A model generated the notes under the pieces. It was not told where the DNA came from. It worked only from the letters and a program-made list of their open reading frames with translations, and did no database searches. The position numbers and the translations under genes are program-made. A DNA stretch of 64,000 bases from Candidatus Latescibacterota bacterium. Lineage in GTDB: Bacteria; Latescibacterota; UBA2968. Where the stretch lies: NCBI GenBank assembly GCA_965208125.1, contig OZ242320.1, positions 992,001 through 1,056,000 on the forward strand, written 5' to 3'. Shown in pieces: positions 55,490 to 64,000 of the stretch (the stretch's first letter is position 1; each line of letters starts with the position of its first letter).

Positions 55490-57022
55490 CTAATGGTCGG
55501 TGGGTATCATCAATTGCTCAAAGAAAGTGTCTATCCAGCCGGGCGTTTTTCCGGTTCTTTCTGCACAGCGAACGGCTTTCGCGACCTCCCTATTCGAAAG
55601 TTCATCAAACACCTGCTGGCCTGGTACAAGTGCTTGATTCAGATCGTTAGGCTCGAACTTATCCAGCGCGTCACCGTATCTTCGAACACATAATGAAACT
55701 ACATCGCGCCCCGGCGCAGAGGCCAGATAGAGAAACAGGCGGTCGAGATATGCCATACCAATAATATTGGGCTGAAAGCCGTGAAAACACGTCAAGTTCA
55801 ACACCTCACTTCTGTTGCGAATAATCTTGTAGCCGCCACGTGAAAACACGCCAAGCAAAAGAGGGGCGGGTGCTCTCCTTTCCGTCTTGTACCAGGGATT
55901 TCGGTTTTTTGTTAAAAACCGCGTGTTATAACCCCTCTGCTCCCCACTCCGAATATAATCCGCCGCGTATTTCGAGTGTGTCTTACTAACACTGAATAGC
56001 AAAACAGGCGCGTCGTTTCTGACCAAATCGTCGTAGTCTGCGCGACCAAACACCGGTTGCTGAATTTGAGAACTTTTCGTAATGCAAGGAACAACCTCCG
56101 GACCATTGATTCCCAGTGTTTTGGCGCGAGACGGTTTCAAAACAAAAAATTCGTTGGCTCCGGTGGCAATGCCCCTGCTAAAATGACCATAATAGTTCAG
56201 CGGCACCGTCATTCCATGATTGATATCGAATGTATTTTTCTGGAAGTATGACAACCACTTCGACTCGGGATTGAGTCGCTCCAATGCGACCCTGGTAATT
56301 GGCTGATTCTCAAGAATGTTTTCCAACGAAGAAATGGAATCGGCGATATGGAAATCAACGTGGGAATATTGCTGGCAGGTATCGTACAGGATTATTCCCA
56401 CTGAGGTTATTGCATCGGGAAAGATGTCCTTCTCGCATTTAAGATTGATAATAGAGACAAGATGACCGCTCTCGATAAGACGTTTCTTAACAATGGTCCC
56501 GTATCCAGTATTGAGAAATTCAAGAGGCATAATATACGCAAGCCGTCCCGATCCATTCAGTTCGGACAGCGACTTCAGCAGGAATGCGGATGCCGTATTC
56601 GTATATCCCGACAATTTCAAGCCCAGATTATCGACAAACGCCTTGAACACAGAGTCCCTGCCAATAAACTTCTGGAAGCGCATATAAGGTGGATTACAAA
56701 CAATATTGGCGTGTGCTTTCCCCCAGGAGAGCAGATAGTCTTCATGCTCAATATCTAATTTCCGCCCTCCTGACTCGCCTGTCCAGAAATCGAGGATTTT
56801 GGAATCTTTCTCACTTCCGGCAAACACCATGCCCGGATCGTCGGCAACGGGATCAAAAAGAGCACCCAGACCAAAGCCGGGATCAAAGAGCGTCCTCTGC
56901 CCGGATTTCAAGACCCACCGCACCATAAACTCGGCTACTTCAGGGCGAGTGAAAAACTGCCCGTATTTCTTGCGATGCTTCTCGCCAACGCTCCGCAGGT
57001 ATTCAGCTTGATTAACCTGCAT
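55490..57022 (-). CDS. N6-adenine DNA methyltransferase (M.AccI-like)
   Basis: GQFFT, FDPGFGLG, NPPY, RGIATGANEFF; overlaps the REase 3' end. Confidence 0.9.
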   Translation of the reverse strand: MQVNQAEYLRSVGEKHRKKYGQFFTRPEVAEFMVRWVLKSGQRTLFDPGFGLGALFDPVADDPGMVFAGSEKDSKILDFWTGESGGRKLDIEHEDYLLSWGKAHANIVCNPPYMRFQKFIGRDSVFKAFVDNLGLKLSGYTNTASAFLLKSLSELNGSGRLAYIMPLEFLNTGYGTIVKKRLIESGHLVSIINLKCEKDIFPDAITSVGIILYDTCQQYSHVDFHIADSISSLENILENQPITRVALERLNPESKWLSYFQKNTFDINHGMTVPLNYYGHFSRGIATGANEFFVLKPSRAKTLGINGPEVVPCITKSSQIQQPVFGRADYDDLVRNDAPVLLFSVSKTHSKYAADYIRSGEQRGYNTRFLTKNRNPWYKTERRAPAPLLLGVFSRGGYKIIRNRSEVLNLTCFHGFQPNIIGMAYLDRLFLYLASAPGRDVVSLCVRRYGDALDKFEPNDLNQALVPGQQVFDELSNREVAKAVRCAERTGKTPGWIDTFFEQLMIPTDH

Positions 57023-58079
57023 CTAATATCTCCTGAGAGAAGACAGCCGGATCGAGATAGCCACGTCCCCCGTGGAAGGTGACATAGAATAGGAGACGCC
57101 CGCGCTCCAATTCTTTTAGAGCAGAGCGGTGTTGCGGCATATCAATCCTGCCCAAAATCTCTTTTCCAACCTGAACATTGATCTTAATAGTTCTCTTGCC
57201 TTGATTTTTCACATCTTTCTCTATGGAGAACACCACGCCTTCGTTTCTTGAGTCGGAGGTTATTTCCAGAATATTCTGAAACGGAATAACGTATGCTTTG
57301 TCAAAAAACACCTGCAAATAGCAGTGCCTCACTCCGAAATGCTGAATCCAGCGATTGACAAGTGCCAAGTCTTCGACCTTCGGTGTAATGCTGAGATAGT
57401 CCCGTTTTTGAAGGATTTGCATCTGTTCTTTTAGAGATTTCAAAAGCTCACTCAACTCTTGCAAAGGTTGAGTCGAATACCAGCCCCTCCGCCTGAAATT
57501 CAATTCTCGAAACGTATCGATGGTTGCATTTTGTATCATTTCATAAAGTGCAGGACTCTTTTCTGCAAGCAGGCTCGCGTAGGGTTCTGAGAGAATTTCC
57601 CGTTGAATTTCTTGAATGGCAGATTCAGCTTCTCGCGTTCTATTATCCATGAATGATGAATATCTATTCGCAAGAAAACTGCTTGAACGAACCTCAATAG
57701 CCGATACTGCCTTCTGGATAAACGCATCATCATCCAGGTCATAATGCTCTGGAACGTCGTCCCGCTTATAGACGAGAAGATCGGGTTTTTTGCCAATCGT
57801 GTTCAACTCATCAATATAAGAAGCATAAAAGTCGGCAAACCCGGGATCACCGGCTGATAGAGTATCCGCACGACCGTACTTTATTGCACAATATTCCTGA
57901 GAGTTTTCATTGATAGCATTGAAGACAATCTCTTCTGCCCAGTCGCCCTGTTCCTTGTTCGTAAGAAACATAGAACTCGCCATAGTAGGCGTGCGTCCGG
58001 TTATTTGCACATCAGGCTCAATCTCAAAGGGTGACATCTCGATTAGATGGGCGATGGTGTCTCTGTACATTGCATTCAT
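57012..58079 (-). CDS. AccI-family type II restriction endonuclease
   Basis: FLTNKEQGDWAE, GKKPDLL, AIEVRSS, LSITPKVED; coupled to the N6 MTase. Confidence 0.8.
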   Translation of the reverse strand: MNAMYRDTIAHLIEMSPFEIEPDVQITGRTPTMASSMFLTNKEQGDWAEEIVFNAINENSQEYCAIKYGRADTLSAGDPGFADFYASYIDELNTIGKKPDLLVYKRDDVPEHYDLDDDAFIQKAVSAIEVRSSSFLANRYSSFMDNRTREAESAIQEIQREILSEPYASLLAEKSPALYEMIQNATIDTFRELNFRRRGWYSTQPLQELSELLKSLKEQMQILQKRDYLSITPKVEDLALVNRWIQHFGVRHCYLQVFFDKAYVIPFQNILEITSDSRNEGVVFSIEKDVKNQGKRTIKINVQVGKEILGRIDMPQHRSALKELERGRLLFYVTFHGGRGYLDPAVFSQEILDAG

Positions 58080-58193
58080 GGATTTTGCGCCCCATCTGTC
58101 AACGGAGTAAATTCCCAGACCTGTCAACTACGTGCCGAGCGGATTTCTGTTGCTCTCTCCACTGGGACGTATTTCAGACAGTCACAGTCATAG

Positions 58194-58245
58194 ATTGAAA
58201 TTTTAAGAGTACGATGTTATACTACAAAAGTCAATGGAATGTCTC
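58194..58245 (+). promoter_or_regulatory. Sigma70 promoter, copy 2 of the ~52-bp direct repeat
   Basis: TTGAAA-N17-TATACT with TG, then ACAAAAGTCAATGGAATGTCTC. Confidence 0.8.
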
Positions 58246-58259
58246 AAGAGGATAATGAT

Positions 58260-58337
58260 ATGCAACACAAATTGGTCGCTGTAGTTGGCAACACACCGCA
58301 AGTTATGACAGAGACGTTTTGGGCATTGCGTATCCAA
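58260..58337 (+). pseudogene. N-terminal fragment of a CARF-domain (NE0113/Csx14-like) protein
   Basis: MQHKLVAVVGNTPQVMTETFWAL matches the G.xPQV.TET.xAL signature; runs into the RBS of DMFase-like copy 3. Confidence 0.7.
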
Positions 58338-58356
58338 CCTTTTGCAGGAGTGTATT

Positions 58357-59988
58357 ATGAGCAAAGATTTGAAAGCCGTTTTTCATTTTTGGAAGCGTTT
58401 TGCAAGTCAAAATGGCCTGAATCGCCGCGATTTAATTAAAGGCGTCGCCACCGCAAGTCTCGGTCTCGCAGCCGGAACCTTCGCCGCGCCACAGCTCTAC
58501 GGAAATTCAAACGTAGCGAAATCAAAACGACGTAATCGCATCCAACTCGAAAACGCCGAGCGTGGAACGCGCGACTGGTTGCTCACTAAGACCGACATCA
58601 ACGACATCGAACCGGTGGCGTTGTGGCGTTCCCCGCGAATCGAGGGCTACTGCTCCGAGACGAGTGTGAGTGCTGGCGACACGATCAAGATCATGGTGAG
58701 CACGAATCCAGTGTCCCAGTTTGATCTGGAGATCTTTCGCACAGGCTATTACGGCGGAACCGGCGGTCGCTTCATGAAGCGCTTTGATTCTATACAGGGC
58801 AAAACCCAGGCCGATCCGTCGATAGGCGAAAACCGTCTGCGCGAATGCCAATGGAATCCGTCGGTCGAATTCGAGATTCCAGACGATTGGCTGAGCGGCG
58901 TCTATCTGGGCAAACTCACTGCCAAGGAGGGCGGCGTGCAAAGCTACGTCATCTTTATTGTGCGCGATGGTCGCCCCTGCGATTTGCTCTTCCAGTGCAG
59001 CGACATGACCTGGCAAGCCTACAACAGCTGGCCTACCAACGAGTGGTCTCTTTACCACAACGACGAGAATGGCTACACGGGACATAAGAAAAGGAAAAAG
59101 TGGAGCACCAACGCGAACGATACCGGGTGGGTGAGTTTTGACCGTCCCTACGCGCAGTTCTGCCAGGATCATCTTGTCAAGAATCCCAAGTCCGTGGGCA
59201 CGGGCGAATTTCTTCTTTGGGAATTCCCCCTCTCCTATTGGATAGAGCAGCAGGGCTACGATGTGTCGTATATCTCAAATGTGGATACGCACAGGCACGG
59301 TCCGCGATTGCAACGCGCGAAAGGCTTTATCTCCGTGGGCCATGACGAGTATTGGACCCGGGAGATGTATGACAACGTTATCAAGGCTCGGGACGCCGGT
59401 GTCAACCTTGCGTTCCTGAGTGGTAATTCGGTTTGGGGTGTGGTGCCTTTGCTGCCCTCTGCCGAGGGGCAGCTCCACCGGATCATGCGACGCGAAGATA
59501 AGTTCATTGGCGAGGAACTCAGCAAGATGTTGAACAAGCGACGCGGCACCCCCGCCAAGTATCCAGCGGGGCCGGACGCGGCGTTGCTCATGGGGGGACG
59601 CACCGCCGGCATTGGCGGAGGTGACTGGACCTGCACCCAACCCAATCACTGGATCTATGATGGCACTGGCATGCAAAAAGGTGACACCATTGATGGACTA
59701 ATAGGCTGGGAATGGCATGGATCGCCTGCTCTCGAACTGCCTAACTTTGAAGTTCTGGCCGAGGGACCGATGCTACCGAAGAATCCCAGGTACAGTCCTC
59801 ATGCCGCTACGATCTACGATGGGCCCCAAGGAAACGTCGTCTTCAACGCCGGGACGATCTGGTGGGCGCAAGGCTTGTCGTCGCCTCCCGGCCACGTATT
59901 GCCCGCACATAGGCATGCCAAACCGCAAGGCCCGGACCCGCGCGTGCAGCGTATGATGACCAATGTGTTCGATCGGTTTATCAAGTAA
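58357..59988 (+). CDS. Dimethylformamidase beta-like protein, copy 3, Tat signal
   Basis: 5' ~740 nt near-identical to copy 1; 3' terminus shared with copy 2. Confidence 0.8.
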   Translation: MSKDLKAVFHFWKRFASQNGLNRRDLIKGVATASLGLAAGTFAAPQLYGNSNVAKSKRRNRIQLENAERGTRDWLLTKTDINDIEPVALWRSPRIEGYCSETSVSAGDTIKIMVSTNPVSQFDLEIFRTGYYGGTGGRFMKRFDSIQGKTQADPSIGENRLRECQWNPSVEFEIPDDWLSGVYLGKLTAKEGGVQSYVIFIVRDGRPCDLLFQCSDMTWQAYNSWPTNEWSLYHNDENGYTGHKKRKKWSTNANDTGWVSFDRPYAQFCQDHLVKNPKSVGTGEFLLWEFPLSYWIEQQGYDVSYISNVDTHRHGPRLQRAKGFISVGHDEYWTREMYDNVIKARDAGVNLAFLSGNSVWGVVPLLPSAEGQLHRIMRREDKFIGEELSKMLNKRRGTPAKYPAGPDAALLMGGRTAGIGGGDWTCTQPNHWIYDGTGMQKGDTIDGLIGWEWHGSPALELPNFEVLAEGPMLPKNPRYSPHAATIYDGPQGNVVFNAGTIWWAQGLSSPPGHVLPAHRHAKPQGPDPRVQRMMTNVFDRFIK

Positions 59989-60007
59989 GGTCCAAGTGAG
60001 GAAATAC

Positions 60008-61123
60008 ATGAAACCTGTCGTCGCGCACAGTGCCAACCCCTATTTGCCAGCCACAGCCACCTGGATATACGATCAAATTCGCGCACTGAAACGATATCGC
60101 CCCATCGTCCTCACACAAACGCGCCAGAACCTGGACCGCTTTCCCATAGAACCCGTCTTATCAGCCGAAGATATCTCGCCCATTCGCAGAACAGTTCTGC
60201 GCTTCATTCGCAAAATGCGCGGCACATACGCCGGCTATGAAAACTGGCTCCGCGAACACAACGCCGCCCTCATCCACGCACATTTTGGACAAGAGGGATA
60301 CCGATGTCTCTCTGCAAAACAGCGCGCGGGCATCCCCCTCATCACCACCTTTTACGGCCTGGACGTATCGGCACTGCCCCGGCAAAAAAAATGGCAAAAA
60401 CGGTACAAACGACTCTTTGCCGAAGGCGACCTCTTTCTGATCGAAGGTCCCTTCATGGGCGAACAACTCATCGCACTGGGATGTCCTGCTAACCGGGTAA
60501 TCGTACAACACCTGGGCGTAGATCTCGACAAAATACCCTTCAGAACAGACCCCACACCCAAACAACCCATCGTATTGACATACAGCGTATTTCGAGAAAA
60601 AAAGGGATTGAAATATGCAATCCAGGCATTTGCAAAAATAGCGGAAAAATACCCGGACGCCCAACTGCGGATGATCGGCGACGGGCCTTTGCGTCCACAA
60701 CTACAAGCTGAAATACGAAATCTACACCTTGAAAACCGCGTAAAAATGCTCGGCCTGCTCCCCCATCCCACCGCACTTGAAGAACTAAAACGCGCAACAA
60801 TCCTTTTATATCCCAGCGTCACAGCATCAGACGGCGACACCGAAGGCGGTGCCCCCGTCGCACTCATCGAAGCCATGGCAATGGGCGTCCCCATCGTATC
60901 GTCCCTACACGCCGACATTCCCGAAGTAGTAATAAACAAAACCTGCGGCCTATTATATCCCGAACGAGATATAGCGGGCCTCGCTGAAGGATTGGACACC
61001 CTCCTCAGTTCCCCCGAACAATTTGGCCGCGCTGGCCGCACCCATGTCGAAGAGCAACACAACCTTCAAAAACAAGCCGAAAAATTAGAGGCGATTTATG
61101 ATCGGGTTACAGGAATAAAATAG
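60008..61123 (+). CDS. GT4 glycosyltransferase (WcaL-like)
   Basis: IHAHFG, REKKG, PSVTA.DGDTEGG.PV.LIEAMA. Confidence 0.9.
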   Translation: MKPVVAHSANPYLPATATWIYDQIRALKRYRPIVLTQTRQNLDRFPIEPVLSAEDISPIRRTVLRFIRKMRGTYAGYENWLREHNAALIHAHFGQEGYRCLSAKQRAGIPLITTFYGLDVSALPRQKKWQKRYKRLFAEGDLFLIEGPFMGEQLIALGCPANRVIVQHLGVDLDKIPFRTDPTPKQPIVLTYSVFREKKGLKYAIQAFAKIAEKYPDAQLRMIGDGPLRPQLQAEIRNLHLENRVKMLGLLPHPTALEELKRATILLYPSVTASDGDTEGGAPVALIEAMAMGVPIVSSLHADIPEVVINKTCGLLYPERDIAGLAEGLDTLLSSPEQFGRAGRTHVEEQHNLQKQAEKLEAIYDRVTGIK

Positions 61124-61126
61124 GAC

Positions 61127-61155
61127 GTAGGAGCGGGTTTGAAACCCGCTCCTAC
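61127..61155. repeat. GTAG-type REP palindrome
   Basis: GTAGGAGCGGGTTT-G-AAACCCGCTCCTAC. Confidence 0.75.
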
Positions 61156-61279
61156 AATGGATAACTAACCACTGACCGCAATAAAGGATAACCTGCACCA
61201 ATGGTTATTCTTGACATCCGCAACTATTGGCACAATTTATGACAGTGCCATTTCCCGTGCATTTAAAATGGAGACAAAG

Positions 61280-62653
61280 ATGCCTGAACATCCCAACCTC
61301 GTATTTGTATTCCCCGATGAATATCGCAGACAGGCCATGGGATTCATGAACGAAGACCCCGTAATAACGCCCAACATCGACCAATTTGCGTCCGAAAGCC
61401 TCGTATTAACAGACGCCGTAAGCACCAGACCCGTATGCAGCCCATATCGGGCAATGCTATTCACCGGACAATATCCCCACGCCAATGGCGTACTCGGCAA
61501 CGTCAACTCCACCACAGAACAATACGAAAACTACCTGCGAGAAAACGCACGGTGCTTCTCAGACGTATTACACGACGCTGGCTACAATCAGGCGTACCTG
61601 GGCAAACTACACCTCGACCCACCCAATGAGCAATATCAATACACCGAAGGACCGAGAGGAAATGGCGTCATCTGGGACTCATATACCCCACCGGGACCGC
61701 GCAGACACGGATATGACTTCTGGTATTCCTACGGCTGTTGCGACTGGCACTTCAACCCCCACTATTGGACCGGCAATGACCCCATTGAAAAGCGCATTGA
61801 ACCGCGGGAATGGTCCCCCAAACACGAAACCGACATCGCAATAAACTACATCCGCAATGAAGGTGGCAAATACAGAGATCCCGAAAAACCATTCTCACTC
61901 GTCATATCCCACAACCCACCGCACATGCCATTCAAACAAGTACCAGAAAAATACGTCGCCCAATACGGCGACGCCACCCATGAAGACCTCTTAACGCGCC
62001 CCAACGTCCCCACAGATGCACGCGGCGACAGCGCCCGAGAAAACGCGAAACACTACTTCGCCATGGTAACCGGCGTCGATGAAAACTTCGGACGCATACT
62101 GGACTGCTTGAAAACAGAGGGCCTGGAAGAAGATACCATCGTAGTCTTCACCTCTGACCACGGTGAAATGATGGGCAGCCACGGCCGCATAGGCAAAACC
62201 GTACACTACGAAGAATCCTTTACCGTACCATTTATCATCCGCTGGCCCGGAAAAATCACACCCGGCACAGATGACCTGTTAATCGGCACACCCGACTTGA
62301 TGCCCACATTGCTCAACCTCATGGGCGTGGGACAGATCCCCGACAGCGTCCAGGGAACGGATTACTCCGACATCCTGCTCGGCAGAGAAGGCACACGCCC
62401 GACCTCTGCACTCTACCTCAACGTAATGCCCGCCGACCCCGCGGGTGGAGCGCGCGGCGTACGCACACACCGACACACCTATGTCGTCACGCGAACGCCC
62501 GAAGGCGAAGAAATAATCCTCCACGACAATATCGCAGACCCCTATCAACTCCAAAACGTCGCCAGCGATCATCCCGGCCTTGTGGCAGAGCTTGGGGAAG
62601 AAATGAACAACTGGTTGGAAAAAACTGGCGACCCATGGTTAACCCAACAATAA
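61280..62653 (+). CDS. Sulfatase (Cys-type)
   Basis: PNLVFVFPDE, CSPYR, GKLHL, SDHGE. Confidence 0.92.
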   Translation: MPEHPNLVFVFPDEYRRQAMGFMNEDPVITPNIDQFASESLVLTDAVSTRPVCSPYRAMLFTGQYPHANGVLGNVNSTTEQYENYLRENARCFSDVLHDAGYNQAYLGKLHLDPPNEQYQYTEGPRGNGVIWDSYTPPGPRRHGYDFWYSYGCCDWHFNPHYWTGNDPIEKRIEPREWSPKHETDIAINYIRNEGGKYRDPEKPFSLVISHNPPHMPFKQVPEKYVAQYGDATHEDLLTRPNVPTDARGDSARENAKHYFAMVTGVDENFGRILDCLKTEGLEEDTIVVFTSDHGEMMGSHGRIGKTVHYEESFTVPFIIRWPGKITPGTDDLLIGTPDLMPTLLNLMGVGQIPDSVQGTDYSDILLGREGTRPTSALYLNVMPADPAGGARGVRTHRHTYVVTRTPEGEEIILHDNIADPYQLQNVASDHPGLVAELGEEMNNWLEKTGDPWLTQQ

Positions 62654-62663
62654 GGAGCAATAA

Positions 62664-63974
62664 ATGGCAGATTCTCCAAATCTCCTCGTCATACACACCG
62701 ACGAACAAAGCTGCTGGACATTGAGCGCGTATGGCGGAACACTCGTCGAAACGCCCCACATCGACTCCCTGGCAAACGAAGGTGCCATCTTGACCAACTT
62801 CATGGTCAACGTCGCCGTATGCACCCCCTCCCGAGGCGTATTCCTCACCGGGCGTTATGAACATGTACACGGCGCGTATCGCAACAACATCCCCCTCAAC
62901 CGCGATGAAATCACATTTGCACAAGCACTAAAAGACCGCGGATACGACACCGGATACGCCGGCAAATGGCATCTGGACGGACCCCCGCGTCCCGGCTGGG
63001 TACACCCCGAACGCACAATGGGTTTTGACGACGCCCAATACATGTTCAATCGCGGACACTGGAAAAAAATCGAAGATACCGACATGGGCGATGTGCAACC
63101 CACAGTATTTAATTACAGAACCATGGGCGACGAAAAAACCTATCCAACGGACTGGCTAACCGAAAAAACCAATGAATTTATGACGCGAGATCGAGAAAAC
63201 CCATTTTGTTTCATGCTCAGCATACCCGACCCCCATCCGCCATTTACCGTACGCCCACCCTACGACACCATGTACAACCCCGCAGACATGCCATTGCCCG
63301 ACACGCGCAACGAAGAAAACCAGCCCAGTTGGGTATCCAACAGACAGGCTCCAGAAGATGATATCTTACGCAAACACATGGCCCAATACTGCGGCATGGT
63401 CAAAGTCATAGACGACTGCGTGGGCAGAATGCTTGATGCACTGCGCGAAAAAGGCATCCTGGACAACACAATTGTGGTCTTCACCTCCGACCACGGCGAA
63501 TACCTGGGCGAACACGGATTAATGGGCAAAAATCAACTCTACGAAACAGCGTATCGCGTCCCCATGTTAATCCGCTGGCCCGAGAAAATCCCGGCTGGCA
63601 CGCGAATAGAACACCTGGTCGGCTCCGTCGATTTTATGCCCACCATCCTGACCCTCATGGGATTTGAACCCTGTGGCCGCGAACACGGACGGGACGCATC
63701 CGCACTCTTGCGCGGCGAAGAAACCGAATGGGACGACATCTGTTATATCCACCACGATCCCAACAGAGCTGGCGTATTCACCCCCAATTACGAACTCGCC
63801 TATGTAAAGGACCACGACGCCATACTCTTTGATCGTCAAAACGATCCCGACCAGGTGAACAACCTGTTTGACGCCCCCGAACACCGGGAAATGATCGCAA
63901 CCATGACCGCCGACCTCGCTGCGCATCACGCATCGGTCAACTCGCCATCAGCAGAATGGTTGCGGGAGCTATAA
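62664..63974 (+). CDS. Sulfatase (Cys-type)
   Basis: PNLLVIHTDE, CTPSR, GKWHL, SDHGE. Confidence 0.92.
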   Translation: MADSPNLLVIHTDEQSCWTLSAYGGTLVETPHIDSLANEGAILTNFMVNVAVCTPSRGVFLTGRYEHVHGAYRNNIPLNRDEITFAQALKDRGYDTGYAGKWHLDGPPRPGWVHPERTMGFDDAQYMFNRGHWKKIEDTDMGDVQPTVFNYRTMGDEKTYPTDWLTEKTNEFMTRDRENPFCFMLSIPDPHPPFTVRPPYDTMYNPADMPLPDTRNEENQPSWVSNRQAPEDDILRKHMAQYCGMVKVIDDCVGRMLDALREKGILDNTIVVFTSDHGEYLGEHGLMGKNQLYETAYRVPMLIRWPEKIPAGTRIEHLVGSVDFMPTILTLMGFEPCGREHGRDASALLRGEETEWDDICYIHHDPNRAGVFTPNYELAYVKDHDAILFDRQNDPDQVNNLFDAPEHREMIATMTADLAAHHASVNSPSAEWLREL

Positions 63975-63985
63975 TAGGAGGATCT

Positions 63986-64000
63986 ATGGCATTTGATTCA
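63986..64000 (+). CDS. Start of the next gene (truncated by window edge)
   Basis: AGGAGG RBS then ATG GCA TTT GAT TCA. Confidence 0.5.

Noticed and set aside
48961-59988. Diversity-generating retroelement behind the DMFase-like paralog variation
   Set aside because: No reverse transcriptase, and differences are not adenine-specific
61227-61244. TTGGCACAATTTATG as a second sigma54 promoter
   Set aside because: The -12 GC is missing at the required spacing

Overview
Bacterial chromosomal window of moderate GC with a C-rich + strand. Gene content (five sulfatases, PhyH, Gfo/Idh/MocA oxidoreductases, SDRs, sugar isomerases) resembles Latescibacterota/Poribacteria-like heterotrophs; that placement is inference only. 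Core content: 2-oxoacid:ferredoxin oxidoreductase (beta subunit fused to CBS domains), citrate synthase, MsrP, DgoD, GH2, rhamnulokinase and a glycosyltransferase. The ORF track hides a selenocysteine system. selD carries an in-frame UGA and is followed 2 nt later by tRNA-Sec. Two further UGA-interrupted proteins are present: an exported thioredoxin-fold W-U-G-C protein and an iodothyronine-deiodinase-like protein. All three have a hairpin loop about 20 nt after the UGA. Accessory inserts: (i) a sigma54-driven GPP34(GOLPH3)-cytochrome P450 fusion plus an Stf3-like sulfotransferase, bounded by a 194-bp duplicated gene end; (ii) a toxin-antitoxin and IS-remnant patch; (iii) McrBC with a C5 methyltransferase; (iv) three mosaic dimethylformamidase-beta-like genes surrounding a cassette of 2TM protein, Pol-beta nucleotidyltransferase and AccI-type R-M, bounded by a duplicated promoter and followed by a truncated CARF(NE0113)-like gene. 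Several inserts carry duplicated gene ends with no integrase. No CRISPR array or rRNA was seen. Family assignments come from recognised motifs, not database searches.
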